A stretch of 64,000 nt of DNA, from NCBI GenBank assembly GCA_947037025.1, contig CAMQSU010000001.1, positions 111,522 to 175,521 on the forward strand. Direction: 5' to 3'. This document shows positions 9,706 through 19,656 of this stretch, one piece after another. Source of the stretch: an uncultured Clostridia bacterium (GTDB lineage: Bacteria; Bacillota; Clostridia; Christensenellales; UBA3700). Positions within the stretch are counted from its first letter, which is position 1, and each line of letters begins with the position of its first letter. The translations under genes were made by a program, and so were the position numbers. The notes below the pieces were generated by a model. That model was not told where the DNA came from. It searched no databases and saw only the letters and a program-made list of their open reading frames with translations.

Positions 9706-11091
9706 ATGGCACAACTAACAATGGACAAATTAGTAGCATTATGCAAGAGCAGAGGGTTCGTATTCTCAGGAAGTGAGATATATGGCGGATTGGCAAATAC
9801 TTGGGATTACGGCCCATTAGGTGTTGAGCTTAAAAACAATGTCAAAAAAGCTTGGTGGAAAAAGTTTATTACTGAGCAACCGCGAAATACAGGTCTTGAC
9901 TGCGCTATTCTTATGAACCCTAATGTTTGGATTGCTAGTGGGCACGTGGGCGGATTTTCTGATCCACTTATGGATTGCAAGAGCTGCAAGTCAAGGCACA
10001 GAGCAGATAATTTAATTGAAGCATACATATTAAAGCATAAACTAGATATTGTCATCACTAGCTGGGATAATAAGCAGATGGAAGATTTTATTATAGAGAA
10101 AGCTATAAAATGCCCTGATTGCGGTAATGCTAATTTCACTGGAGTTAGACAGTTTAATTTAATGTTCAAGACTTTTCAAGGGGTTAATGAGGATACTGCA
10201 AATACTGTATATCTTCGCCCAGAGACAGCGCAAGGAATATTTGTAAACTTCAAAAATGTTCAGAGGACTACTCGTATGAAGATGCCATTTGGCGTAGGTC
10301 AGATTGGTAAAAGCTTCCGTAACGAGATTACTCCGGGCAACTTTACTTTCAGAACACGTGAGTTTGAGCAAATGGAGCTTGAGTTTTTCTGCAAGCCAGG
10401 CACTGACTTAGAATGGTTCTACTATTGGAAAGATATTTGCGAGAACTGGTTGCTTGACTTAGGTATTCAAAGAGATAGACTGAAACTTCGTGATCATGAA
10501 GCTGATGAATTATCTTTCTATGCTAAAGCGACTACTGACTTTGAGTATTTATTCCCGTTCGGTTGGGGAGAGCTTTGGGGCATCGCTGACAGGACTGACT
10601 ATGATCTTAAAGCACATCAGACAGCAAGCGGCGTAAATATGGAATATATTGACCCTGTAACTAATGAAAAGTACATACCTTATGTTATCGAGCCTTCTCT
10701 AGGTGCTGATAGAATGGTTTTAGCTTTCCTATGTAACGCATATGAGGAGCAGGAGCTTGAGGGCGGAGATACAAGAACAGTCTTGCATTTGCATCATGCG
10801 CTAGCGCCATATAAAGTAGCAATACTTCCACTTCAGAAAAAGCTTACTGAGCAAGCTGAGGAGATTTATCGTAACTTGAGCAAAAAGTTTACTTGTACTT
10901 TTGATGAAACTGCTAGTATTGGCAAAAGATACCGCCGTCAAGATGAGATTGGTACGCCGTATTGCGTAACTATCGACTTTGAGAGTGCGGAGGATAATTC
11001 TGTAACTGTCCGAGATCGTGACTCAATGGCACAAATCAGAATCACTATTGATGAGCTTGAAGCTTACCTTACTAAAAACTTAGAGTATTAA
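9706..11091 (+). CDS. glyQS: glycine--tRNA ligase (homodimeric GlyQS type)
   Basis: Class II aaRS motifs are present ([25 protein letters not shown]; SLGADRM), and the anticodon-binding C-terminus ends ...YCVTIDF. The start at MAQLTMDKL follows GAGGTG. Confidence 0.9.
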   Translation: MAQLTMDKLVALCKSRGFVFSGSEIYGGLANTWDYGPLGVELKNNVKKAWWKKFITEQPRNTGLDCAILMNPNVWIASGHVGGFSDPLMDCKSCKSRHRADNLIEAYILKHKLDIVITSWDNKQMEDFIIEKAIKCPDCGNANFTGVRQFNLMFKTFQGVNEDTANTVYLRPETAQGIFVNFKNVQRTTRMKMPFGVGQIGKSFRNEITPGNFTFRTREFEQMELEFFCKPGTDLEWFYYWKDICENWLLDLGIQRDRLKLRDHEADELSFYAKATTDFEYLFPFGWGELWGIADRTDYDLKAHQTASGVNMEYIDPVTNEKYIPYVIEPSLGADRMVLAFLCNAYEEQELEGGDTRTVLHLHHALAPYKVAILPLQKKLTEQAEEIYRNLSKKFTCTFDETASIGKRYRRQDEIGTPYCVTIDFESAEDNSVTVRDRDSMAQIRITIDELEAYLTKNLEY

Positions 11092-11101
11092 TTAAATAAT
11101 T

Positions 11102-11136
11102 AAGCAAGTGCAGTTTTGTACTTGCTTATTTTTTTG
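11102..11136 (+). terminator. rho-independent terminator after glyQS
   Basis: AAGCAAGT (11102-11109) pairs with ACTTGCTT (11120-11127), followed by a T run. Confidence 0.75.
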
Positions 11137-11511
11137 CATTGTTGCAGAAGATAACATTATAATTGCGTAATTATATGATTACATAAAAAACCAAATCGTC
11201 ATAATTAATGATTAACATACACAAGCTGATCAACATAAGTAAACACACTAGTATCCAGCTGCAATTTGTTATTTATATGCACCTTAAACATACTTGATAG
11301 TATCGCATATATATAGATATATATTATATAACGCGTGCATGCGATAAAAAAAAGGAATAAACAATCAAATTTTAATTGTAATATTGACAATATTTTGCTA
11401 TAATGTATATGTGAAGTAGTACCTTTAGGACTGCATTTGCGTAATTACTGAAGAAAAATTGACAAATTAAGAGATGGGTATCTCACAAAGAGAACTCAAG
11501 CGAGGTGCAAT

Positions 11512-12216
11512 ATGAAAAATAGATCAAGGCGAATAGCCGTAAATGCAGTGTTTTTAGCACTACTAATAATATTTACCCTACTGATGAATATCCCTATATT
11601 TTTGATTGCGACTGCAGTGCTTCCACTTATTGTGCTAGCAGCATCCTGCCAAATAGAAGGATGGTTTACAAGCATAGTAATGGCGATATCTTTTGGATTA
11701 TTGAGCTTTTTTAGTGCGTTCATCAGTCCTTCACCACTAGCACCAATATTTCAAAACCCATTAATATCAGTTTTGCCGAGAGTGTTTATAGGTGTTTTCG
11801 GGCTTGCAGTATTTAAGCTTTGTATATTTATATCTAGCAAGATAGAAAGTCGAGGAGTCCGCATTAATAAACGGATTGCGACTTTAATATCAAGCGGACT
11901 TGGTGCAGCATTGATGGTTATCTTTAATACGGCGCTAGTACTTGTTATGATTTGGGTTTTGTATGGCGGCGAGTCAGTAGCGGGCACTGCTATCACGATA
12001 GAATTTATCACAGGTCTTATATCAGTAAATTTTGCTATCGAAATTATAGGTGCGGGATTAATCACTCCGCCTATAGTGCTAGCAGTGAATAAGTTTTTAG
12101 CAGCTACAAAAAAATCTCCACTAACAGATGATGACATTGCGGAGCATGAGAGAGTTTCCGCTGAACGAAAACTGGGGGATAATCATAGTGAAGATAATAA
12201 TAGTAACTTAATATGA
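11512..12216 (+). CDS. polytopic membrane protein, ECF-transporter S-component-like (substrate unknown; pantothenate suggested only by context)
   Basis: It has about six TM helices and an FQNPLISVLPR motif that I recall from ECF S components. It lies immediately upstream of coaX. The shared ecfA1A2T module is present at 40.0-42.7 kb. Confidence 0.45.
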   Translation: MKNRSRRIAVNAVFLALLIIFTLLMNIPIFLIATAVLPLIVLAASCQIEGWFTSIVMAISFGLLSFFSAFISPSPLAPIFQNPLISVLPRVFIGVFGLAVFKLCIFISSKIESRGVRINKRIATLISSGLGAALMVIFNTALVLVMIWVLYGGESVAGTAITIEFITGLISVNFAIEIIGAGLITPPIVLAVNKFLAATKKSPLTDDDIAEHERVSAERKLGDNHSEDNNSNLI

Positions 12217-12321
12217 TATACATATATAAACAGGTAATATAGTAAATGAAAAGTAGTATTTAGACTAATTAAGTTAGCGCGTGCATAAAATATAAATGGC
12301 GCTACTAGCGGAGGTGCAAGT

Positions 12322-13104
12322 ATGTTATTAGTTATTGATGTAGGAAATACAAACATAAAATTAGGTATGTTTGAGGGGGAGGAATTAGTTCAGTCATGGC
12401 GACTAAGCGTTAAAGTCATGAGAACTGCCGACGAACTTGGCATAACAATGCAAAACTTATTTACAGCTAAAGGATTAACATTTGATGTTATAACTGGCAT
12501 TATTATAAGCTCAGTTTGTCCATCAATTAATTATACCCTTGAGCACGCTTGCATATATTACACGGGTATTAAGCCGATAATGGTAGGTGTTGGAGTTAAG
12601 ACTGGGCTAAATATTAAATATGCAAACCCACATGAAGTAGGTGCTGACCGTATCGTAAATAGCGTTGCCGGTTACAAGCTTTATGGCGGACCATGCATCA
12701 TTGTAGACTTTGGCACAGCAACGACATTTAATGTGATATCAGAAAAAGGCGAGTTTTTAGGCGGCGCGATTGCTCCGGGTATCAATACTAGTCTAGAGGG
12801 GCTAGTTAGCAACACTTCTAAACTGATGAGGGTAGAGCTTGCAACACCTGACTCAGTAATAGGAAAGTCTACAATTAGCAATATACAATCGGGTACTATT
12901 TACGGCTTTACGGGGCTAGTAAAATATATGGTAGCTAAAATGAAGCAAGAAGCAGGGCTTGAGAATGCGATAGTAATTGCTACAGGCGGACTAGGCGAAC
13001 TTATAACAAATGTCGACTCTGATGTTGTTGATATAGTTGATAGATTTTTAACGCTAAAAGGTTTGCAAATGATTTATGCAATAAACAATGCAGATAGCAA
13101 ATAA
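12322..13104 (+). CDS. coaX: type III pantothenate kinase
   Basis: ASKHA-fold motifs are present: LLVIDVGNTNIKLG, GADR and IIVDFGTATTF. The length of 260 aa is typical. Confidence 0.9.
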   Translation: MLLVIDVGNTNIKLGMFEGEELVQSWRLSVKVMRTADELGITMQNLFTAKGLTFDVITGIIISSVCPSINYTLEHACIYYTGIKPIMVGVGVKTGLNIKYANPHEVGADRIVNSVAGYKLYGGPCIIVDFGTATTFNVISEKGEFLGGAIAPGINTSLEGLVSNTSKLMRVELATPDSVIGKSTISNIQSGTIYGFTGLVKYMVAKMKQEAGLENAIVIATGGLGELITNVDSDVVDIVDRFLTLKGLQMIYAINNADSK

Positions 13105-13494
13105 AAGCATTTGCAAATTGCAAAAATGCAGCAAGTTTTAATATAATAAAAACTAATTATATTAACTAGTAAAATTGCATAAAAATTTATCTAATAATTT
13201 TGCTTGAAAACTTAATAAGTATATTAATTTTATATGGATATAATTGATTATATAATAGATAAATTATCAAATTAAAATAAACAAATTTATTTGCAAATAT
13301 AATAAAATTAAATTAGCAAATTTTAATTGAGTTGGCTGCAAAATATAATAATGTAACAGACAAAATTATTTATAAAAACCAAAATAAACAAATATAAAAA
13401 CTATTTAAAAAAAATACATTTTTTTTGCAATTGGCATAGCGGCGGCTTTGCTTTATTGCAGCACAATAATATATATAACACGCATGGAGGAAGT

Positions 13495-14766
13495 ATGAAA
13501 AGTATAGGAGTTGCGATATTAGGATTTGGTACAGTTGGAAGCGGTACATACAATATTTTGACAGAGCGTAGAGAGCAAATTAAATTAGAGTATGGCATTG
13601 ATATTACTGTCAGTGCAATTCTTGTTAGAAATGCGCATAAGGCTATTGCAAATGGCGCACCGCAGGAGCTTTTGACTGATAGCATGTCGGATATACTTGC
13701 TAATCCTGCAATAAATATAGTTGCGGAATGTGTGGGCGGTATTGAGCCGGCGAAAACTTATCTTATAGATTCATTAAAGTGCGGTAAAACAATTGTAACT
13801 GCAAACAAGGAATTATTTGCAAAGCACTGGGGAGAGTTAGAGATGCACGCAGCAAAAACGAAAGCTGGGTTGTATTTTGAGGCTACTTGCGGTGGTGGTA
13901 TTCCTGTTATACGTGTACTTACACAGGCAATGCAAGCAAACACATTACTTCAAATAAAAGGAATAATAAACGGCACAACTAACTACATTTTATCAAGAAT
14001 GTCAGATGAGGGAGCAAGTTATGATGATGTGCTTCGTGATGCGCAAGCGTTAGGATTTGCAGAGAGTGACCCTACTGCTGATGTTGAAGGGTATGATGCT
14101 AGCTATAAACTATCAATATTAAGTTCACTTGCATTTAATAAATTTTTGCCAGTAGAGAACATTTATCGTGAGGGAATTAGTAGCATTCAAGCGGAAGATA
14201 TCAATATAGGAAAGAAACTTGGGTATACAATAAAGTTACTTGCAATTGCAAAACTTATTGACGGTAAAGTTGAGGCAAGAGTTCATCCAGTATTTTTGAA
14301 AAATTGTCATCCACTTGCAAGTGTTTCAGGCTCTTTTAATGCTGTTTTCCTTGTTGGCGATAATGTTGGCGATATTATGCTTTATGGTCGTGGTGCAGGT
14401 TCACTTCCGACTGGTAGTGCGATTGTTAGTGATATAGTATTTGCAGCAAGACAGATCGAGCATGCAAGATATTCAGAGATTTCTGATGTTATTAAAAAGT
14501 CGGATATTATAACAGACTTTACAAGTGATTATTACATTCGTATGACAGTGCTTGATGTGCAAGGAGTGCTTAGTCAAATTACTAGTATTTTTGCAGGAAA
14601 TAATGTCAGCATTACAAGTATGCGACAGGATGCCGGCAATGGCGTTGTTAGTATTGTTATGGTCACTCATAGGTCAAATGAAAACAATATAAAAAAGGCG
14701 ATTGCAGAGCTTAAATCTTTAAGTGAAGTTCAAGCAGTTAACGCATTAATAAGAGTAGAAAAGTAA
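13495..14766 (+). CDS. hom: homoserine dehydrogenase with C-terminal ACT domain
   Basis: It has ILGFGTVGSG, the catalytic-domain DVEGYDASYKLSIL motif, and an ACT-like C-terminus. The start is at MKSIGV, after GGAGGA. Confidence 0.9.
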   Translation: MKSIGVAILGFGTVGSGTYNILTERREQIKLEYGIDITVSAILVRNAHKAIANGAPQELLTDSMSDILANPAINIVAECVGGIEPAKTYLIDSLKCGKTIVTANKELFAKHWGELEMHAAKTKAGLYFEATCGGGIPVIRVLTQAMQANTLLQIKGIINGTTNYILSRMSDEGASYDDVLRDAQALGFAESDPTADVEGYDASYKLSILSSLAFNKFLPVENIYREGISSIQAEDINIGKKLGYTIKLLAIAKLIDGKVEARVHPVFLKNCHPLASVSGSFNAVFLVGDNVGDIMLYGRGAGSLPTGSAIVSDIVFAARQIEHARYSEISDVIKKSDIITDFTSDYYIRMTVLDVQGVLSQITSIFAGNNVSITSMRQDAGNGVVSIVMVTHRSNENNIKKAIAELKSLSEVQAVNALIRVEK

Positions 14767-14788
14767 TCAATAAAGATTTGTAATTTTA

Positions 14789-14830
14789 TATGCACAATGA
14801 TTATTATATCATTGTGCATATTGTAATTTT
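14789..14830 (+). terminator. rho-independent terminator after hom
   Basis: TATGCACAATGA (14789-14800) pairs with TCATTGTGCATA (14809-14820), followed by a T-rich tail. Confidence 0.7.
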
Positions 14831-15409
14831 GCAGCAATTTTTTCCTGCTGAATAAGTCTACATAAAATTAAAAAAAACAGCAATGTGTAATTGCAAATTA
14901 TGTAAAATATTTTATAAATTAATTAAAAGAAAATACAATCAAAAAATCTAGTGAGAATCATACAAAATTATACATTATGCAGATTAATTAAAAGAGTTTG
15001 TTTAATGGTAAAAGCAAATTTTTTTGCATTTTAATTTTTTGCATAAAGTGTTGCAATGCATTGCTATTATATGCAAGCTGCGGTGTATTTTTAAAATGCA
15101 AGCAATTTAATTATGGATTATTTGGATTAATTAAAATCTAGAGTTAATATGTATGTTATATATAATAGCTTTAAGGTTAATAATTATCAAGGTGCTGCTA
15201 TTGACTAATTTATTTTCAAAGTCGGTAGTGACATAATATCTTCGCTTATGATTAGTGTATGTTCAAATTATTATGGTGAGTATTAATCTTTGCAAAAATG
15301 CTGTTTAATTAAATTTTTGGACTATTTACTGCGCCATACATAATCTTACTCATTACCAATGCTTATAACAGCACGAATGATTAGTTAAGACAAACTATAC
15401 AAAATCATT

Positions 15410-15438
15410 TTGCACATGCTATAAATATGTGCTATAAT
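15410..15438 (+). promoter_or_regulatory. sigma-A promoter with extended -10, upstream of guaA
   Basis: TTGCAC (15410-15415), a 17-nt spacer, then TGcTATAAT (15430-15438). Confidence 0.6.
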
Positions 15439-15467
15439 ATATAAAATAAAGTACTAAGGAGTGTTAT

Positions 15468-16733
15468 ATGGATATCAGACAAACAGTGGTCATAGTCGAC
15501 CTTTCAGGCAAATGTAACCAGCTTATCGCAAGATGCGTTCGTAACTTAAATGTTTATTGCAAGCTTGTGGGCGACAATGCGAAAATCGAGGACATCAAAA
15601 AGGATCAACCAATCGGTATTATACTAACTGGCGAGTCTGACGGTGCTAGACCTATCGAGGCAGCAGTAAAGACTCTTGGCGTTCCAGTATTCGATGAGCG
15701 TACTGAAGCTGACATTGAGGGAAAAGCTGGAATGGCTAACCTTCGTGAGTTTTTATACAACACTTGCGCCGCTAAAGGCGATTGGACAATGAAAGCTTTC
15801 TCTGAGCATATGATTAGTGAGCTTCGCGAAAAGATAGGTAACAAGAAAGTTCTTTGCGCGCTTAGTGGTGGTGTTGATAGTGCTGTTTGTGCGGCACTTA
15901 TTCATAAAGCTGCTCCGCAGTCACTTACTTGTGTTTATGTTAATCATGGATTAATGAGAAAGAACGAGTCTGAGGAAATCGTAAGAATTTTTGGCAAAGA
16001 GTTAGGAATGAACCTTATATATATTGATGCAGAGGATAGATTCCTAGGCAAACTAAAAGGTGTTACTGAGCCAGAGGCAAAAAGAAAAATTATCGGTGAG
16101 GAGTTTATTCGTGTGTTTGAGGACGAGGCGAAGAAAATCGGAACTGTTGACTTCCTTGTTCAAGGTACAATTTACCCTGATATCATCGAGAGCGGTATCG
16201 GTAGCAAAGGTCTTGTTAAAAGTCACCACAATGTTGGCGGACTTCCAGATGTTATCGACTTTAACGAGATTTTAGAGCCTGTTCGTGATCTTTTCAAGGA
16301 CGAGGTAAGAAAAGTTGGTCGTGAGATTGGACTTCCTGAAGCACAAGTTAACCGTCAACCATTCCCAGGCCCTGGTCTTGGCGTGCGTTGTATCGGCGAA
16401 CTTAGAAAAGATAGGCTTGATATTCTTCGTGATGTTGACTTTATCTTCCGTGAGGAAATCGCAAAAGCTGGTTGGGATACAAAAATTTGGCAGTACTTTG
16501 CAGTGCTTACTAATATGCAAAGTGTTGGCGTTCGTGATGAAGTTAGAACATATGAGTACACTGTCGCACTTCGTGCTATCCACAGTATAGATGCTATGTC
16601 TGCTGAGTTCGTTCATATCCCTTATGAGATATTAGCTAAAGCAAGCCGCAGAATTACAGACGAGGTTATCGGTGTAAACCGTATCGTTTATGATATTACT
16701 AATAAGCCACCTTCTACTATAGAGTGGGAGTAA
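15468..16733 (+). CDS. guaA: GMP synthase with intact ATP-pyrophosphatase and dimerisation domains but an internally deleted glutamine amidotransferase domain
   Basis: The PP-loop (SGGVDSAV) and C-terminus (...NKPPSTIEWE) are canonical. The N-terminus keeps only the first ~75 aa of the GATase fold. At GVPVF|DERTEAD it jumps to the linker, so the Cys-His-Glu triad region is lost. The product is 421 aa versus about 510-525 aa as I recall for typical GuaA. Confidence 0.85.
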   Translation: MDIRQTVVIVDLSGKCNQLIARCVRNLNVYCKLVGDNAKIEDIKKDQPIGIILTGESDGARPIEAAVKTLGVPVFDERTEADIEGKAGMANLREFLYNTCAAKGDWTMKAFSEHMISELREKIGNKKVLCALSGGVDSAVCAALIHKAAPQSLTCVYVNHGLMRKNESEEIVRIFGKELGMNLIYIDAEDRFLGKLKGVTEPEAKRKIIGEEFIRVFEDEAKKIGTVDFLVQGTIYPDIIESGIGSKGLVKSHHNVGGLPDVIDFNEILEPVRDLFKDEVRKVGREIGLPEAQVNRQPFPGPGLGVRCIGELRKDRLDILRDVDFIFREEIAKAGWDTKIWQYFAVLTNMQSVGVRDEVRTYEYTVALRAIHSIDAMSAEFVHIPYEILAKASRRITDEVIGVNRIVYDITNKPPSTIEWE

Positions 16734-17058
16734 GAACAGCGCTTTCGACCAATCGTAATATTGAGCTGCGGGATGCACTCTTAGCTTGTTTTGGCATGTT
16801 TGCCAAAAGCTACGCACTTGCGTTTCCCTTGCTCTTTTCCGACCAAACGTAATATTTCGCTTCGCTGCAACATTAGTCGGACTCTAAATCGGTTTACTTC
16901 AATTACAAGAGTAAGTTTGTTATGCTAGAGTTTATTAAGAGTAGGAAAGTGAGAAAGACAAGAGTAGAAAAGTGAGAAAGCATTAAAAAAAATTAATAAA
17001 AACTCGTAACACTAAACAGTGTTGCGAGTTTTTTAATTTATGTATACTATAGAGTATT

Positions 17059-17307
17059 CTACTGTCTATATTGATTGCGCAGAGCATATTGACCGTGACC
17101 TATCCTTGTGAATAGCTTGGTATATGTGAAGCTATGTTTTTCGGATGTAGAATTAGCTAATATAACATTTAAGTAACGAATTGAATAATTTAATTCATTT
17201 TCATAGCAGAAATCTTTTATTTTTTTAGTTGTTAGCGGTTCAATCAATTTTCCGCCATTTACAGCGTCAATTATAAATGCACCTAATCCTTCAATACTTT
17301 CATTCAT
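17059..17307 (-). CDS. small hypothetical protein, possible winged-helix C-terminus
   Basis: 82-aa ORF with an AGGAGGA RBS. The C-terminal FTRIGHGQYAL resembles the wing of Mrr_N/HARE-type wHTH domains; this is weak. It is an orphan gene between long spacers. Confidence 0.35.
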   Translation of the reverse strand: MNESIEGLGAFIIDAVNGGKLIEPLTTKKIKDFCYENELNYSIRYLNVILANSTSEKHSFTYTKLFTRIGHGQYALRNQYRQ

Positions 17308-17679
17308 TTTAAATATCCTCCTAATTAATTGTTAAGCTACAAGACTTTTGTTAATAGCTCTTGAGGGAATTATAACACTAACAACCTATAAAAGATATTA
17401 AATTAGGGTGACAAGTTTTGTTTCGTGCATCATATTTTTCATAAGCGATTTATCTTTTATGTGTAAGTTTAGAGAACTTTTGTTTTAATTACTTGTAAGT
17501 GGCTCCATAAATAGTGTACTTAACTTATAAACTATCCCTACAATGATTATTTATATTATATTTTAACAAAGTATGCTGTTTTAATTGATATTTTACGTTA
17601 TTTGAGTTAAAATGTAAAAGTATAAACTTTTTCACGCGTATAATGGATATTCTACGCAAAGTAGCAAAGGGAGGCTAAC

Positions 17680-19482
17680 ATGTCTAATAGACAAGATAAT
17701 ATAAGAAATTTTTGTATCGTGGCACATATTGATCACGGTAAGAGTACACTAGCCGATAGGATAATGGAGTACACGGAGACTGTAAGCAAGCGTGACTCTA
17801 AGGAGCAGTTATTAGACAGCATGGATATTGAGCGTGAGAGAGGAATAACTATCAAGCTTACTCCAGTTACAATGAAATACAATTATAAGGGTCAGGAATA
17901 TTATTTAAATCTTATTGATACTCCTGGGCATGTCGATTTCACATACGAAGTATCAAGGTCGCTTGCTGCTTGCGAAGGTGCAATACTTATTGTTGATGCG
18001 TCACAAGGAATTGAGGCGCAGACACTTACAAACGCGTATCTTGCAGTTGATAATGACCTAGAGATATTGCCAGTAATTAACAAGATTGATTTGCCTTCTG
18101 CTAGACCTGACGAAATAAAGTTAGAAATTGAGGATATTATTGGACTTGACACTGACGGTATTGCACTGATCAGTGCAAAGGAAGGCACAAACATTGAGCA
18201 AGTTATTCATCAAGTAATAGACTTGCTACCTCCACCGAATGGTGATGAGAGTAAGCCGCTTAAAGCACTTATTTTTGATAGTGTTTATGATAGTTATAAG
18301 GGCGCAATCTCACTAATCCGTGTGGTTGATGGCTCAATAAAAATCGGCACAAAGATCAGGATGATGCAAACTGGAAAAACTTATGATGTTACAGAAGTAG
18401 GAATATTTAATCCTAAAATGATACCAATTGATGAGCTTAGGGCTGGTGATGTTGGGTATATGTGTGCATCAATAAAGAACGTTGCTGATACAAAAGTTGG
18501 CGATACAATTACTCTTGCAGATGGAGGAGTGACGCAATCACTTCCGGGATATAAAGCGGTTTCGCCAATGGTATACTCTGGTATTTATCCAGCGGATGGC
18601 GCGCATTATGGCGACCTGAAAGACGCACTAGAAAAGTTAAAGCTGAATGATGCGTCACTAATGTATGAGAATGAAGTATCAGTTGCACTTGGTTTTGGAT
18701 TCCGTTGCGGATTTTTAGGACTATTGCACATGGAAATTATTCAAGAGAGATTAGAGCGTGAGTTTGATTTAGATATCGTAACTACAGCTCCGAGTGTTTC
18801 ATACAAAGTTGTAAAGACTGATGGAAATACTATCATAGTTGCAAACCCTTCTAACTTGCCTCCAGCAGGAGAGATTGAATATATGGAAGAGCCGATTGTA
18901 AAAGCTTCTCTATTTTCTCCGCCTGAGTATGTTGGTACGATAATGGATTTGTGTCAAGATAAAAGAGGCGTATTTATTGATATAACATACCTTGATACAA
19001 GACGTGTTAGGATTGATTATGAAATACCGCTGAATGAAGTTATATATGATTTCTTTGATACATTAAAGTCAAGGACAAAAGGATATGCAAGCTTTGATTA
19101 TGAAATCACAGGCTACCAACGCAGCGCACTTGTAAAACTTGACTTGCTGCTAAATGCGGAAATTTGCGATGCACTAAGCCTAATTGTACACAGAGATAAG
19201 GCATATGCACGTGGTAGAATTATTGCGGAAAAACTAAAAGATGTTATCCCTCGTCAAATGTTTGAGATACCTATTCAGGCAAGCATTGGATCAAAAGTTA
19301 TCGCTCGTGAGACGGTTAAGGCAATGAGGAAAGACGTTCTTGCTAAGTGTTACGGTGGTGATATTACTCGTAAAAAGAAACTTTTAGAAAAGCAAAAAGA
19401 AGGCAAGAAGCGTATGCGTCAAGTAGGTAACGTATCTGTTCCTAGTGAAGCATTTATGACTATTCTTAAATTTGACAAGTAA
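17680..19482 (+). CDS. lepA: translation elongation factor 4
   Basis: GTPase motifs are present ([18 protein letters not shown]), along with the LepA-specific C-terminal domain. The length of 600 aa is typical. Confidence 0.95.
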   Translation: MSNRQDNIRNFCIVAHIDHGKSTLADRIMEYTETVSKRDSKEQLLDSMDIERERGITIKLTPVTMKYNYKGQEYYLNLIDTPGHVDFTYEVSRSLAACEGAILIVDASQGIEAQTLTNAYLAVDNDLEILPVINKIDLPSARPDEIKLEIEDIIGLDTDGIALISAKEGTNIEQVIHQVIDLLPPPNGDESKPLKALIFDSVYDSYKGAISLIRVVDGSIKIGTKIRMMQTGKTYDVTEVGIFNPKMIPIDELRAGDVGYMCASIKNVADTKVGDTITLADGGVTQSLPGYKAVSPMVYSGIYPADGAHYGDLKDALEKLKLNDASLMYENEVSVALGFGFRCGFLGLLHMEIIQERLEREFDLDIVTTAPSVSYKVVKTDGNTIIVANPSNLPPAGEIEYMEEPIVKASLFSPPEYVGTIMDLCQDKRGVFIDITYLDTRRVRIDYEIPLNEVIYDFFDTLKSRTKGYASFDYEITGYQRSALVKLDLLLNAEICDALSLIVHRDKAYARGRIIAEKLKDVIPRQMFEIPIQASIGSKVIARETVKAMRKDVLAKCYGGDITRKKKLLEKQKEGKKRMRQVGNVSVPSEAFMTILKFDK

Positions 19483-19656
19483 TAAAAACACTAGAAAAAA
19501 ACAATAAAAAACATGCGTAAAACGGGCAAAAAACGGGCAAAAACATGCAAAAAATGCACAAAAATGCACAAAAAACACATGAAAATTGAGCGAAATAAGC
19601 AGAAAAATCAAAATAAAACATTTGCTTATTCAATAATAGATATATAAAAGGATAAT

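Noticed and set aside
11400-11511. Possible riboswitch in the ~100-nt leader of the ECF S-component-like gene
   Set aside because: I could not recognise any conserved riboswitch core, and only weak pairing is visible. It is left uncalled pending an Rfam scan.
14767-15467. Possible purine riboswitch upstream of guaA
   Set aside because: I looked for the conserved purine-riboswitch junctions (UAUAAU...GAUAUGG...GUUUCUACC...CCGUAAAU...CGACUAU) and did not find them. Only a promoter is called here. An Infernal scan would be decisive.
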